From assembly GCA_964016885.1 (NCBI GenBank), contig OZ024740.1, positions 349,060,001 through 349,124,000 on the forward strand: a DNA stretch of 64,000 nt, written 5' to 3'. The position numbers were made by a program, and so were the translations under genes. Under the pieces are notes generated by a model. That model saw nothing but the letters and a program-made list of their open reading frames with translations, had not been told where the DNA came from and did no database searches. Origin of the DNA: Eledone cirrhosa. Taxonomy: Eukaryota. Shown piece after piece: positions 1 to 12,399 of the stretch (the stretch's first letter is position 1; every line of letters starts with the position of its first letter).

Positions 1-186
1 GATTATTTAATTTATTAATTCTTCATAGAGCTACAACGTGACCGGTTGCAACATATATATCTATGACTTTATGTTTATGTATATGTAAACCTTTATATTT
101 AATAATCTCCCGTCACGATTCTTATCCATTTTTTAATCTATTTTTGGCGCGATCACTTTGGAAAACTAAATGTCTAATTTTGAGTT

Positions 187-267
187 TGTCTCCTGATGAA
201 TCAGATACTCCAGACATATTCTATTAATTGGATGTCTAAAAATACGGATGAAACCATGGTAGAGATA
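187..267 (+). ncRNA. Type I hammerhead ribozyme (minimal, palindromic loop 3)
   Basis: tgtctc-CTGATGA-atc...agacat..atgtct...gat-GAAA-c-catg-g-TA-gagata. The core is intact, stem I is tgtctc/gagata, and the cleavage triplet is GUA. Confidence 0.8.
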
Positions 268-523
268 TAATTACGGTATGTACACATTTCTTCTAAGTTT
301 GAATTTGCACCTAATTGTGTATGGTTGGTGGTATATTTAGTCAGTTTCTACACGCTGTCGAAATGTTGGATAAATACTCTTTCGGTTATTTGTCGGAAAT
401 TTCTTCATAAGAGCCTTTATTCTTATAGCTTGGTCTAATTGATTTTTTATATGGTTAATTATGCTAATTGGGAGAGGAAATGGTATATATTTTATCTAAT
501 AATTCTAAGGACATGATTTATGT

Positions 524-557
524 TATATATATATGTATGTATATATATGTATTTATG

Positions 558-613
<56 letters not shown>

Positions 614-659
614 TATATATATATATATATATGTATGTATGTGTATATATATATATATA

Positions 660-710
<51 letters not shown>

Positions 711-792
711 CAGTGTGTGCATGTTTGTGATTTTTTGCATCTATATAAATATATATATATGTGTGTGCATATATATATATATATATATATAA
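524..792. repeat. (TA)n/(TG)n microsatellite
   Basis: Direct inspection. Confidence 0.95.
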
Positions 793-970
793 TAAAAATA
801 TATGTGAAGACTAAAATCTGAGGATTATATATATAAATATATATGTATATAAACCCGTAGAGTAAATATTTATTATAAGCACAGATTAAAGTTTAAGCAA
901 AGAATAACTGCTTTCACCCTAAACGTCATCTTCTGACATATATATAAACATTAGTACATACAATAATATA

Positions 971-1116
971 TAATTGCTTCTACTTTTAGCACCAGGCCAG
1001 CAACTATTCCAGTGCATTACTGGTGTTTTATTTTATCAACCCCGTAAGGATGACAAAGAAACTTAGTGGGATTTGAACCCAGATCATAAAGGGCCGTAAC
1101 ACTATGCTGCAAAGCA
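971..1116 (-). mobile_element. tRNA-derived SINE, partial
   Basis: Matches the SINE family seen in full at 33092..33276. Confidence 0.8.
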
Positions 1117-1144
1117 TGACGTAATATAAATTAAATGTACTTAC

Positions 1145-1159
1145 TTTAGTTATCATCAT
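1145..1159 (-). CDS. IL17: IL-17-like gene C (previous unit copy), coding exon 1 (MMITK); exon 2 lies left of the window
   Basis: ATG ATG ATA ACT AAA|gtaagt, identical to 40561..40575. Confidence 0.75.
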
Positions 1160-1285
1160 TATACGAGTTGGTAAATTCGAATTGGATAAATAGGATCGCT
1201 GAAATTTTACAAATAATATCTGAATGCTTCAACTTCTCAGGTGATGTACGTTCTCATCAATGATATCTGCTGTCAAGTGTTCTTT

Positions 1286-1340
1286 TCTTATATGTTGTTT
1301 TAATTCCGGAAGGGAAATTTTGATATGACGTTACACATAG
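1286..1340 (-). promoter_or_regulatory. Putative core promoter of gene C: TATA-like box, CCGGAA and TGACG motifs
   Basis: The same motif arrangement lies ~130 bp upstream of the ATG in genes A, B and C. Confidence 0.55.
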
Positions 1341-3289
1341 TGTAATTTGGATGTTTTAAAAATTGAAATGCGGATATAACTTATAAATATATGCTGTGAG
1401 ACTAAAACCCATATTTTTGACTCACCTACCGGAATTATACGAAGTTTATATGAACTACATAGGAGGAGGTAAATTTCCTAGGGAATACAACTTATTTGAA
1501 TTAATCATTATTTGTTTACATGTAGCTAAAGTCCAGGGAGTGGTAGGTAGTTTCCATTGATACACATGTAGCTGAAAGAATAATAAATTCTCTTCGCTAG
1601 TATTTCTATTTTTAGTACCTTTTTTCTTTAATACGACAATATATATGTTTAGATATCTTAAAAATAAGTCATTGTTAAAGCGAGAATATTTTCATTTAAG
1701 TAATGCTTTAATAGTAAGTGAGAGTATTATTAGCCATGTTCCAACTACTTGAATTAGGATTTTGAAGTAGTGCCGCATAGAATGTTACTGTTGTAATGTG
1801 TATTAACCGCAAATAATTCAAATTTCATTTGCTATTGCACCTTTTGTAAATACTTAATAAGTCTGTTTATAATTGATCATAGCATAGAGAATCGTGTAAA
1901 CAACCACATTTTATGAAAGTAAAAGCAGTAAAAAAAAGAAGATTGAGAGGAGAGAGAGAAGGACAAGACAGGAATTAAAGGGATAAAACGTATAGCAGAT
2001 GACCAGAAATGTATTGACGTTGAGAAGTAAGAAGGGAATTACCAGTGGAGAAATGAAAAAGCAACGTTTTATAAAATACACAGACAAAAACAAAGGCGTC
2101 AGAATCACCTCATCTGGTATCAAATAACCGCATAATTCACCCGATCAGGGAGTATCATGCATTTATGCTCGCCCACGCAACATAATAAATATTTCTGTTA
2201 TTGGGACACCTGATTCCGTCAGCCCAGTCACATTGTCAGCTCAAACAGAAGTGCTATATCCGCCATAATTTCAACACATTAACACTCATATTTGCATGTC
2301 ACACAAGTCAAAACATAAAACCAAATATCTATTGGCTTAAATTATATACAAAAGAATGAACACACTTTGTTTACTCTGGACGAAAATGTATTGACGTTTC
2401 ACACCATGGGATGACAAAGCTTTCCATGATGCGAAAAGATAATACATTTTAATAAAAGTAATGCAAGTTGAGAAAGTGTGGTGCTATGAAAAAAAATGAC
2501 GATAAATACAAACATATTTGTAAAAAGTAAACAGAAATAACAAAGCAAACGGCACAGTACAGTGAAGAAATATATTAGTTTAACTTTTGAAATAACAGGA
2601 AAAGAGTCTGAACGTTTTGACCACTAGTCCTTCATCAGCAGATAGAATGACAAATAAAAGAAGAAATTGAAAGATGAAGAGTGACAAGAAGGAAATGCAG
2701 GATATTTGCAGATAAACAGCTAAGGTAAACAATGCTTAATCTAGTACAAGAGAGATTAATTAGTATATATTAATATTTCATACACATAACATGCATGCGC
2801 GACATTAGATTTCGGTGTCCAATTATAACCATGACTGTATAGTGGAGGAGCCTTTCCAAATCTGACCTTATTCGCCAGGCATTAGGACAAAATTGAAAGA
2901 CAAACCGTTACTTTACGAAATGTGGTCATATTTCCTGAAGAGTTCCCTCAAGAATAAAGTTGGGTAATTCTCAAAATAAATCTTAAATTATAATGGCTAC
3001 ATGCTTTGAAACGATGTCTATGTATATATAATATGTGCGTGACTTAAGCTGCAAGTTATTTTAAAAAGACACTAAAGGAGCTCGTTATAATACGGAAAAT
3101 GTATATCATAAAGTATTTGTCCTTAAGAAAAACAAGAGAGATAATCCTCTCTGGGAAATATACATATGGAATATCTAAATATGTTGATAATCCTAAACAT
3201 ATATAAAACTATTATAAGAAATATTTTTATAGTTCAATAATACGAATACATTTTGTGTTACACACAGTTAAAGGTTTGTTGGTTCTTTT

Positions 3290-3439
3290 TGTGAGTCACA
3301 ATCATTTTCATGTCTTTCAGTTATCACAATATTTCGTGCACAAAAACAAACTATGGTTACATCTATCACAGACTATACACATACCATCCATCAACATATT
3401 TGTATGTTTGAGTACCGTCATGTTAGTAAATACACTTAC
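3290..3439 (-). pseudogene. IL-17-like pseudogene, 3' remnant of exon 2 (~620 bp deleted relative to copy 2)
   Basis: Homologous to the C-terminal IL-17 coding region and matches 42690..42836. Confidence 0.8.
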
Positions 3440-4284
3440 TTATAATGTACGAAAATAAAGGAAGAAAAAAAGAGAAAGATACGGAAAAATGAAGTAGAGT
3501 AAGTAAATAGCGGGGGTAACAGACTCTACAACCCAGTGAGGGTGGTATATCTCTACAGCGTCAATTAGACAAAATGACGAAGGCATTGGAGTGGAGTAAA
3601 GAAAGCGATACTCGTTGCATCAATAATTTCTCCCTAAATGGCATAAATTTTTCCTAAACAGTGCGGCCAATGAGAACACCAGCCGTCTCGACGGTAACAG
3701 GTACTTCTTTCCTCAGCGCTACAGGTAGCAGTCACAGGATTTATGGCCGAAACGACCCGGTTGGAAGCAGAGATTAGAGATTTACGTCAGTCAACGGGAA
3801 CTGGTTTATCCCGTCTGGGCCTTTACCATCACTATGGTCCTGGCCGAACAGGCTCCAATTTTGACTATTCTCAAGTAAGCAATTTTATTTTCAAATATAA
3901 CACAGACTGTGTAGCATATGGAGTGTACCGTATCCGAACACAGATTATACTGAATTATGGAGGGAAATCCATACTGTAAATTAAATTCTTTTTATATGAA
4001 ATTGGAAAATTACATTTTCAAATTATATAAAATAATAAATCATTATAGATACAGGTAGAAAAGCCCCCGTTCGGGTGGTTTTCTGCTAGCATGTATTGAT
4101 ATTATACGCAAATATTATATATAGGAATATTTATGTTTAATCACAACTACGAAATTTAGTACATAAATTATGTAATATTCATTAATTATTTATTGAAAGT
4201 AATCCAATTTATTTTACTAACGGGATAAAAAAATATATTCAGGACACAATCCCGCACTCCTCCCTTTATTATATTATGACAGAA

Positions 4285-4457
4285 TATGATTGGCAATATC
4301 GGTAGAGAGTGGGACGCCATGCTTGCAGCATAGAGTCACGCCCCTTTATGATCTGAGTTCAAATCCTTTGCATTTCATCCTTACATGGTCGATAAAATAA
4401 AGTACCAGTTAATTGCTGAGTTAATTGCTGGTCTTGTGCCAAAAGTAGAAACAATTA
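4285..4457 (+). mobile_element. tRNA-derived SINE
   Basis: Family match, including the B-box-like gagttcaaatcc. Confidence 0.85.
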
Positions 4458-4613
4458 TATTATGATAGAATGAGCCTATTTCATCTGCTTTGACTTGCAC
4501 ATGCACACATAAACAGGTACACACCTACCTGCCCACCAACATATATATAAGGATGTAGATATTAATACATACAGAAATATATGAGATATCATCACTAACT
4601 TAAGTTTACTTAC

Positions 4614-4628
4614 GTTAGCTAACATCAT
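4614..4628 (-). pseudogene. Exon 1 of the IL-17 pseudogene (MMLAN)
   Basis: ATG ATG TTA GCT AAC|gtaagt, with intron start homologous to genes A and B. Confidence 0.7.
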
Positions 4629-5024
4629 TATACTTCTTCACGTGGAAATGGAAGAAGGAAAGAAAGTGTAAGATATATTTGTACAAATATAACCAGAGTG
4701 ACTTTTGTCTAAGTGAATAAAGGAGCTAAATGAGTAAAGGAGGAAGGGAGCTGTCTGGTCAATGGAATTACTGATACTTTGTACATCGACCGTAATGGAA
4801 GTTGAACTCATTGAATCACACAGAAGAGAAACTAGGACTAAAAACAACAGATAAAGTATATAATATATCTTTGACAAGTGACAGTGTATAAATGTATGTA
4901 TATGTGGTGTGGTATATAAATACATCAGGTCCGAACACAATCGAACCAAACTCCCCCTGTCACTACCTCCGTCTCTTTCGCTCTCCTTATTTCTCACTAT
5001 TATAAGAAAATATGGTCCACAGCT

Positions 5025-5400
5025 GGCCGCCCCGCGGCCCGGCGGACAGAACAGGGAATGTTTTCCCCAGTGGATAGTGAGGGAGACACACTGGAAGAGG
5101 CCTTCCATCACGCGACACTCACACCTGCGGATACCGATAGAGGTGCGTAGGGAGCCAAGGAGACCAGAAGTCTCCTGCTCGAAGTCAAACCTGTCGGAGA
5201 GCGACCGATATTTGGAGAGTTTGACCTCATCGGCCCGAAGTGCAGCAGGCTGCACAAAGGTTGCGGCCTCGATCTAGGAGGGGAAGCCTGCAGCGTCCAA
5301 GCCATGCTTTATGACCTCGTTGAGGGCTGCATGGCATGGAAGGCGGCCGATACTGGAGCAGCAGAACAGCGAATGGGAGCCCAAGTAGTCTACGATGGAT
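5025..5400 (-). mobile_element. CRE-like non-LTR retrotransposon 3' fragment (restriction-like endonuclease region)
   Basis: Translation AALRADEVKLSKYRSLSDRF..ETSGLLG...LFQCVSLTIHWG resembles the C-terminus of CRE-clade RLE elements. Locally GC-rich. Confidence 0.65.
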
Positions 5401-5440
5401 CAGTGTATTAAAGATATATACTGTAATATCTTTTTTTTTA

Positions 5441-5654
5441 TTTATATACAATTTTTGAAACCGGAATGGAATGTCCGATATAAAATTACATACAGCATTT
5501 GTTTGAATATATGAATGAACCACGGACGGAACTAAGAATTATCTCGTGCGATAATGAGTCTATAATATATACTTAATGCCTCCTCTCGTATGGGAGGAGT
5601 AAAAGTATCCAGTATAAAGCACTTGTTCACTTTAATCATTGTTTATTTACACCT
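5441..5654 (-). promoter_or_regulatory. Conserved IL-17 promoter block of the pseudogene (TATA, CCGGAA, forkhead-like TGTTTATTTAC)
   Basis: Aligns with 27131..27373 upstream of gene B. Confidence 0.55.
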
Positions 5655-6189
5655 AATTGCAAAAATTCGGGTGTAGTAAATAATTTTCATTGATAAGCAA
5701 AGTTAAGAAATAAATAAATAAACAATTAAACAAATACTACATAAATTATCATCTCTCTTCCGTAGCATATATATTTTATATATCCTAATAATAAATATCT
5801 GGTAAGCTTGCGAAGTCTTTCAGTTAAAGCTCCCATAGTTATAAGGTAGGAAAGAAAGTCATCTTGTAGAATAGTATTCTACATTGAAAGACACAAGCGT
5901 CTTCATTTCCGAATAGTGGTTGGCAAAAAACCTGAAATTATGATCTTTGAAACGTAAAATATATTAAATATTATGTAGGAAAAATATGTTCATTGCTTTA
6001 AAACTATTCTATACAATTTTATGGGAAGAAATACAAAATAATGCATTATTATAAAAAGTATAGTAAACAAGATACTTTAATATAGTAAATACCAAATATA
6101 AATAAATAAACCATTAATTAGATAATAAATTAACAAATATAATCAATCTCTGATTTGAAACTTAGTTCTGATTTACAGTGGGAGATAAT

Positions 6190-6395
6190 GGTTTCTTATA
6201 TAGGCACATTGCCAGAAATTTGGGGGAGGGAAAAGTCGATTAAATCGACCTCAGTGCGTGACTGGTACTTTATTTTATCGACCCCGTAAGGATGAAAGGC
6301 AAAGTTAACCTCGGCTGGATTTGAACTCAGATCATAAAGGGCCGTAACTCTATGCTGCAAAGCATGGCGTCCGACCCTCTACTGATAGTGCCAAA
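6190..6395 (-). mobile_element. tRNA-derived SINE
   Basis: Family match. Confidence 0.85.
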
Positions 6396-7929
6396 CCTGA
6401 CATCTGTATAGTAGTCCTGCTTGTAATTTCAAATATATTTTGAAGTAGTTTTTTTAATTAGAATATCCTTATAATAGTATTCGGTTAATATACTCAGGAA
6501 TTTGACATGAAACTAACATGGTGTGAATAATTCACAATACGTTTCCGAGAGTTTTTACAATATAGTATATTAAAAACAGAGTTTATTTAATAATACATAT
6601 ATTTGTATGTGTATTGTATTTCTATGATACACGTATCTCTTATTGGTTATATACATATATGTGTGTGGTAGTTCACTGTCATATATTAGGTGTTATACTC
6701 CGACATCGACAGTAAACATATGCATGTATTCATTTTGTTGTGGGCAGCAGTGAACAACAAAATAATCGAATATAATAATTGAAAATAAAATACGAACAAA
6801 AAAAAAGAAGCAAAATTTTACAAACAAGGTAAAATATGAAATGTAATCCCAAAATATTTCTAAATAAAAAGCGGAGCGCTGAACCATTCCATGATAATTC
6901 CCAGAGAAGTAGGAAGATAGCCATTATGCTAGCGTAACCTAGAAGTATAGGTAGATAGCTATTAAGCCAACGTAAAAAAGTATCAATATTTCAAATATTC
7001 TAAGGAAAAGGTAGAAACAAATCTTAATGCAGAACCATCACATAGACACAATTAATTATAAAGGTAAAAAATATTTTTAAAAAAAGGTTAATAAGAAGGT
7101 AATCTGTAGAATGAGATAACTGACTGCATCCTTTCTGACTAATATATTGACGTGTTATAAACATACCTACAACAGTACTTTAAATTGCTGTCAGCAAGAT
7201 AATTTCTAACATGCCTAGCCAGAATTAGTAGCAAATACACGGATGCACTCCAATTATGGTTTTAATATGACTGGAACGAAAATCTTAGATCTGTAATTTG
7301 ACATGAGATATGTTGAAATATATTGTGCTGTTGCTCTTTATTGTCTTGTATAACATTTGGAGGGCTGTTGTGTTAACCTGTGCTCAAATGGCGTTTTAGT
7401 AGACCTACGAATAACAACATTCCAGCAATGTACGTGATGCTGTTTTTTCAAATATAGTGAGACTCATACTATATAATATCTACTTAAAATACAGGATAAC
7501 CATCTCTTTAAAATACAGCATAGCAAGGAATATTGATACAGCATCCTCATGGCATTTACTCGTAAAATAATATGGATCGACAAAAGATTCGTCAAGCAAC
7601 CAGATGGAATAAGTAAATTGACCTTCTGATTGGAAAATGTTAAAAACTATATGATTATATGACAAGATATGAATGAAAGTTAATACAAGAAGTATACAAA
7701 TCTGCTATTTATGAATGCTAAGAATGCAACAGAATGTGAGTCTGTGTGTGTCGATTTTGTGTGAATGGGATTGAGAAATTAACATTTTGATAGTTTAAAG
7801 ATAATAACAGTTTCGGTGTTGATTTGAGATATTAGACCAGAATGTAAGAAATATCATTACTATAGAATGCAATGCTAAATATGTATTAATAGAAGTACTA
7901 AATGTCAATTCTAATAGCCAATAATAATA

Positions 7930-9330
7930 TATCACAAGGTGAATTGTTTAAGAGATTATTTAGTGCCAGTTGCGCTAGCCATGAAATTTATAACACAAAA
8001 GAGTGCCTTACATATACCTTGTTGAGTAAAATGATTCATAGATTACCTGAGAATTTTGCCTTTATCATATATAACAGGTTTACTAAAATCATAAATCTCC
8101 CTGTAATATGGCCCTCGTATGCTTATTGTATGGCTGCTACAAGAGAAGTGCAGCGAACAAAACATGGGATTATACGTTGTTTTGTGGGTGTTAGCAAATA
8201 TTTTGACACTGTTAACAGGAATGCAGTGTGGCTCGTGCTGAAGAAATAGAGCTGTCCTGAAAATGTTTGAAGATATAGCCAAGGCTCCCCATAAGGATAT
8301 GAAGGTCCCAGTTAACTTTGGTGGAACGCTATAGGAAATATTTCCTTCTGAATATGGCGTTAAGCAAGGTGATCCCGAAATACCGACAGTCTTCTCTATA
8401 TATATTGCAGCTATGCTATCTGATGGATTTGTAATTTCAAGTATCTAAAGTCTGGTCAGAGCGCCATATTATTTTTGGCGCTAAGATCATGTTATATGTC
8501 TCATTCGAGCTTCCTGCACTACTGCATTATTCTACATGGACAACATAAAAGCGTTGTGTAAAAATGTTGGAAATATTTCCTCAGAATGCAAACGCCCCAT
8601 ACTCAGAATAAACTAATTTTCACTCTGTTTTAAAACTGAGGTTCTCGTTGAAGCTAAGATCACATCAATCCAAACTATACTTATTAGAAATTAACTACAG
8701 TGACACGCCATCACATCGCATTCTCAAGCAAATGTTTTATGATTAGCTTAATCTGGGAAAGAGAAACAAATAGTAAGCCAAAAAAATATAAAAAGACTCT
8801 TTAAATTCCTATTTGAAATGTCTTAGATTATGTTACAAAAGTCATGAATCTTATGCAGCAGATAGGGAAACATGGAACATCGCGAGCTATATTTTGAATC
8901 TGAGTTCAAGATTTCGAGCTTCACTTAGTTAAGCATGCTGAAACAAAAAGGTTCGTGAACATGAGATTAATAGCAATAGCGTTGGTATTAATTCTCATTC
9001 TTTCATTAAATCTTCCTTCTGCACAAAATTATGCATAGCTCGTGGTTGTGTGACATCACACAGGCTCACACGTGCGGGCAAGGCCCACATGAAATATTGG
9101 AATTTCATTCCAGTCGATCAGTTTCATTGCCATGTTTGTCAAAAAAACCTGCAATTCGCGTACATTATTGAAGCGGCTCGTAAACACTCGTAGTATTCAA
9201 GCGGAAAATGGAGCCAATGTTAAATGAAACATTGTTGCAGTGTTTGCAGTCAGCTCTTTAAATACATTTCGGAGCTCGAAAGTCAGTTAATATCCCACGC
9301 TAGGAAAGAGCAATTAAGGTGCAAGAAAAG
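7930..9330 (+). mobile_element. Decayed RTE-like LINE (reverse transcriptase fragment)
   Basis: CFVGVSKYFDTVNRNAVWLVLKK and GVKQGDP motifs, with stops and frameshifts. Confidence 0.8.
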
Positions 9331-9509
9331 ACCAATCTGTTCAAGGAGTAGACAACCTGAATTAATTCCACATCACTTAAATATATGTAGATGTTAGCAA
9401 ATATTGTGATAAGATAATTGATGTAAATTCAAATATAAAATATTACGTTAGATGCAGGTCTCGAATAACAAAGTGAATGAAACGATTTGGTTTCCAGGAC
9501 AATCTATAT

Positions 9510-10407
9510 ACTAGCATTAAAGCCCGGCGTTGCTCGGGGTCAGTAAGTTACCAAAGTTAGGTTGCACCACCCATTTTATGGCGGCACTTTTTTGTCTGCC
9601 AGGCACTGGGTGAATGAATTTCAGACCTGGACTGCCGAAGCAGGAGCTGCACCAGCAGTGAGAATTGTAGTTTCGCCTATGGATATTATCTCTGCAAAGA
9701 AGTGTTGAAATTTATTGTTTCACAGTACTTGCGCCACACGCGCATAGACGATGACAGGAGAAACAACAGAACTGCGATGGAGTTGTTCTGCATGGTTGTC
9801 TAATGTGTGTTTTCTAAATTTAAGACAGTAGGGAGTGGTGTGATATGGGGGGAGAGTTAGCTGCTGTTTCTAGTAGGTTTAGTGAACTCAGAGAGGATAT
9901 TATTGTGTATAGTAAATGAAATGATACTTCTTTCTTCCACGTTCGTTGATAGATGTTTTAAAAAAGATTTATCGCTATTTTTGTTGTTGTTGAATAAATT
10001 TATCTGTTGCTTTTGAATAATTGTTGTTTCGTAAAATGTAATAAGTTCTCTTTGTCATTGAAGTAAATAAATGTTTGACCGTTCCACACTCAAAAACAAA
10101 CGTTCTCTCTCTCTCTCACTCTCTTCTCTCTCTCTCTTCGGCGTTCCTAAAGGAAGTTTGTAAGCATGTATGTAGTTTTATCGAATTCATAGGGGAGTAG
10201 AGAGAGTAAATCTGATTGTATTAGAGGGATAAAGCGTCATGTATTTAGTTTTATCGATTATTTCCGTAATTGTTGGTGAGTTTAAATGAAATATATAGTC
10301 GTTGGTCTAAGTCTTACAGACTTTGAGTCGAATCGGTTTGAAATTGTGCAAATATATAAACATAGAACATGCACACACACAACAACAACAATCTGCCTTT
10401 TATAGAT
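9510..10407 (+). mobile_element. Non-autonomous Helitron/Helentron-like (HINE-type) element
   Basis: 5' end ACTAGC..CCCGGCGTTGCTCGGG hairpin and 3' end TTTTATAGAT, termini shared by several elements here. Confidence 0.6.
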
Positions 10408-10479
10408 AATGATTACATAATACTAATAATATAGAAGCATTGCATGTTTCATACAATTTATGTAATGATATATATGTGG

Positions 10480-10660
10480 TTAGAATGTCTCAGGAAAGAA
10501 TGCCTGGACCAGATTTTACGGGCAAAACCAACCGGAAGAAGACCCAAGGATAGACCCCGAGCAAGATGGCTGGATAACATCCATGAACTTGGCTGGTCTC
10601 GCTTGGGTATTAAGCCGGATTAGCTGCAGACGGTTACTTCTGACAGGACTCGCTGGAAGG
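10480..10660 (+). mobile_element. RTE LINE 3' fragment
   Basis: Translates GRRPKDRPRARWLDNI...DRTRWK. Confidence 0.7.
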
Positions 10661-10994
10661 AGTAATGATATGAATATATGTTTAATATGTCTAGTATTTC
10701 GACGTCAAATTACACGTGTATTCAATTGAATAAGATAGAATTGGTTAATATTGTTTGGATACCACTGTAAAAATATTACTGACGTCATTAGACTAGCGAC
10801 GTCTAATGTCAAGAATAAATATTCTTAGATAAGTTTCAGCGTAAAGTATATACTTTAAAATAGAATAAAATAAGACAAGCAATACTTCCAAGTGAACTCA
10901 GAAATATAGACACTAAAGTGTCATGTTTAAAGAGCTTCATCTAAATACAAATAAAAGAATTGAAAACAAGACTCTACGGAATTTTCATGTTATT

Positions 10995-11000
10995 TTTATT
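10995..11000 (-). terminator. Putative polyadenylation signal of gene A
   Basis: AATAAA on the minus strand, within a block homologous to ~23380 (gene B) and ~36740 (gene C). Confidence 0.45.
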
Positions 11001-11772
11001 AAATACAAATAATGATCTTTGAATATTAATATGTACAACAAAGGAAAATATATGTATATTCAATATAATTTATGTATAACCAGGTTTACACAGCATTTAA
11101 TAAAAGGTAAAAGTAATTTACACTTATATGTTGTTACTTGAGAGTATAAATTTTTATTATAAAAAATAATCATATATAGTGATTTGGTTCTAAGAGGAAA
11201 TATATATGAATAAATCTAAAAAAGATAATTACTGTTATAATATATCCATACATTTTACCCCGCTTACCACTGCATATATTAAATTCAGACAAATGCGAAT
11301 ACAAATAAATTATCCGTATCTCCAGCCCTTTCCTATGTAGGACTATTGATATGGGAATTTTTTTGTTTGCTTGTGTGTATCTATGTGTGTATATACGAAA
11401 GAGCGAGTATGTATATATGAGATGAAACTGTACTTGCGCAATTGTGTTCCAACCCATGTCGAATTGGGGGAAATAATTGTAAAAATGGAAGTCAGAGGGT
11501 ATAGAGATGATGATTATAATTATCAAGATTTTGAAACAAAATAATATATTGATACTAAGGGAACAATATTGGTAGATGCACTGTAATATTAAATTGTTGA
11601 AATTCTTTAAATATACAGATATCTTTGAAATAATATTTGAAAAATATTACATATTTTAAAAGAAGTAAAAAGATATAAAAATAATATAACCACATGGTGG
11701 CCAACAAATATTCATAACATTATGAGACACCTTCGCGTTACATCGCAGTTTAAAAGTTGGTAGTTGATTGCT

Positions 11773-12300
11773 TTACGACACATAATCGTTTCCATTTCCC
11801 TCAGTTGTCACATCAACTTTCCGTGCACAAACACAGGTTGTTGCCACATCTATTACACTTGGACTATACACATACAGACCATCAACACATTTATCTGTAC
11901 GATTGAGGACTGTCATTTTAGTAGACACTGCCACACATTGGTGATTGTTGTCAGAGCCTAGACAGTCTGTACAACGACACACTACTTCTGTACGTGATGG
12001 AGGGAAGACTGTTGAATTATGGGTAATCTTCAGGTACCAAGGGCAAGTTGAACGTTCACTGATGATATCAGAGGAAAGAGCAGATGTTGGACAAGTTTTA
12101 TCTCCGTCTGTGAGTATAGGATGATTACTTTCTGCTGGAGCCCTTTCAGCCGGTAGAAAGAAATTGTTGCCAATGGCTGCACTGGATAAACTCTCGTAGC
12201 GGACTTTCAAATCAGTTGGTATTTCACATTGACCCTGGATTGGTGCCGAAGATGTGATGAAAATGTAGTTGAACATCAGGATTAAAATCTGGATAAGGCC
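11773..12300 (-). CDS. IL17: IL-17-like cytokine gene A, coding exon 2
   Basis: ERSTCPW...CRC...C...C...CVC IL-17 cystine-knot pattern. Acceptor ttcttacag|GGC gives GLIQILILMFNYIF, a hydrophobic signal peptide. Confidence 0.95.
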   Translation of the reverse strand, partial: GLIQILILMFNYIFITSSAPIQGQCEIPTDLKVRYESLSSAAIGNNFFLPAERAPAESNHPILTDGDKTCPTSALSSDIISERSTCPWYLKITHNSTVFPPSRTEVVCRCTDCLGSDNNHQCVAVSTKMTVLNRTDKCVDGLYVYSPSVIDVATTCVCARKVDVTTEGNGNDYVS

Positions 12301-12399
12301 CTGTAAGAATGAAAATGTTTTATTTTAAAGTGCAAAACGTATCTAGATGAGTCATATACAACAGCCCTTTTAGAATATGTTGAAAACAAGATTAACTTA

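Noticed and set aside
492-821. YI/CV/HT/ER-repeat ORFs here and at 12.8-13.1, 33.7-35.0, 39.8-40.2, 52.9-53.3 and 55.9-56.3 kb
   Set aside because: They are translations of dinucleotide microsatellites.
2607-2642. Hammerhead-like motif on the minus strand (also 42007..42042)
   Set aside because: CTGATGA and short stems are present, but GAAA reads AAAA (catalytic G lost). At most a dead relic.
3743-3979. 78-aa ORF present in both duplicate copies
   Set aside because: No recognisable domain; conservation is explained by the recent duplication.
11764-11961. Plus-strand ORFs overlapping IL-17 exons (also 37764..37961)
   Set aside because: Antisense shadows of the real CDS.
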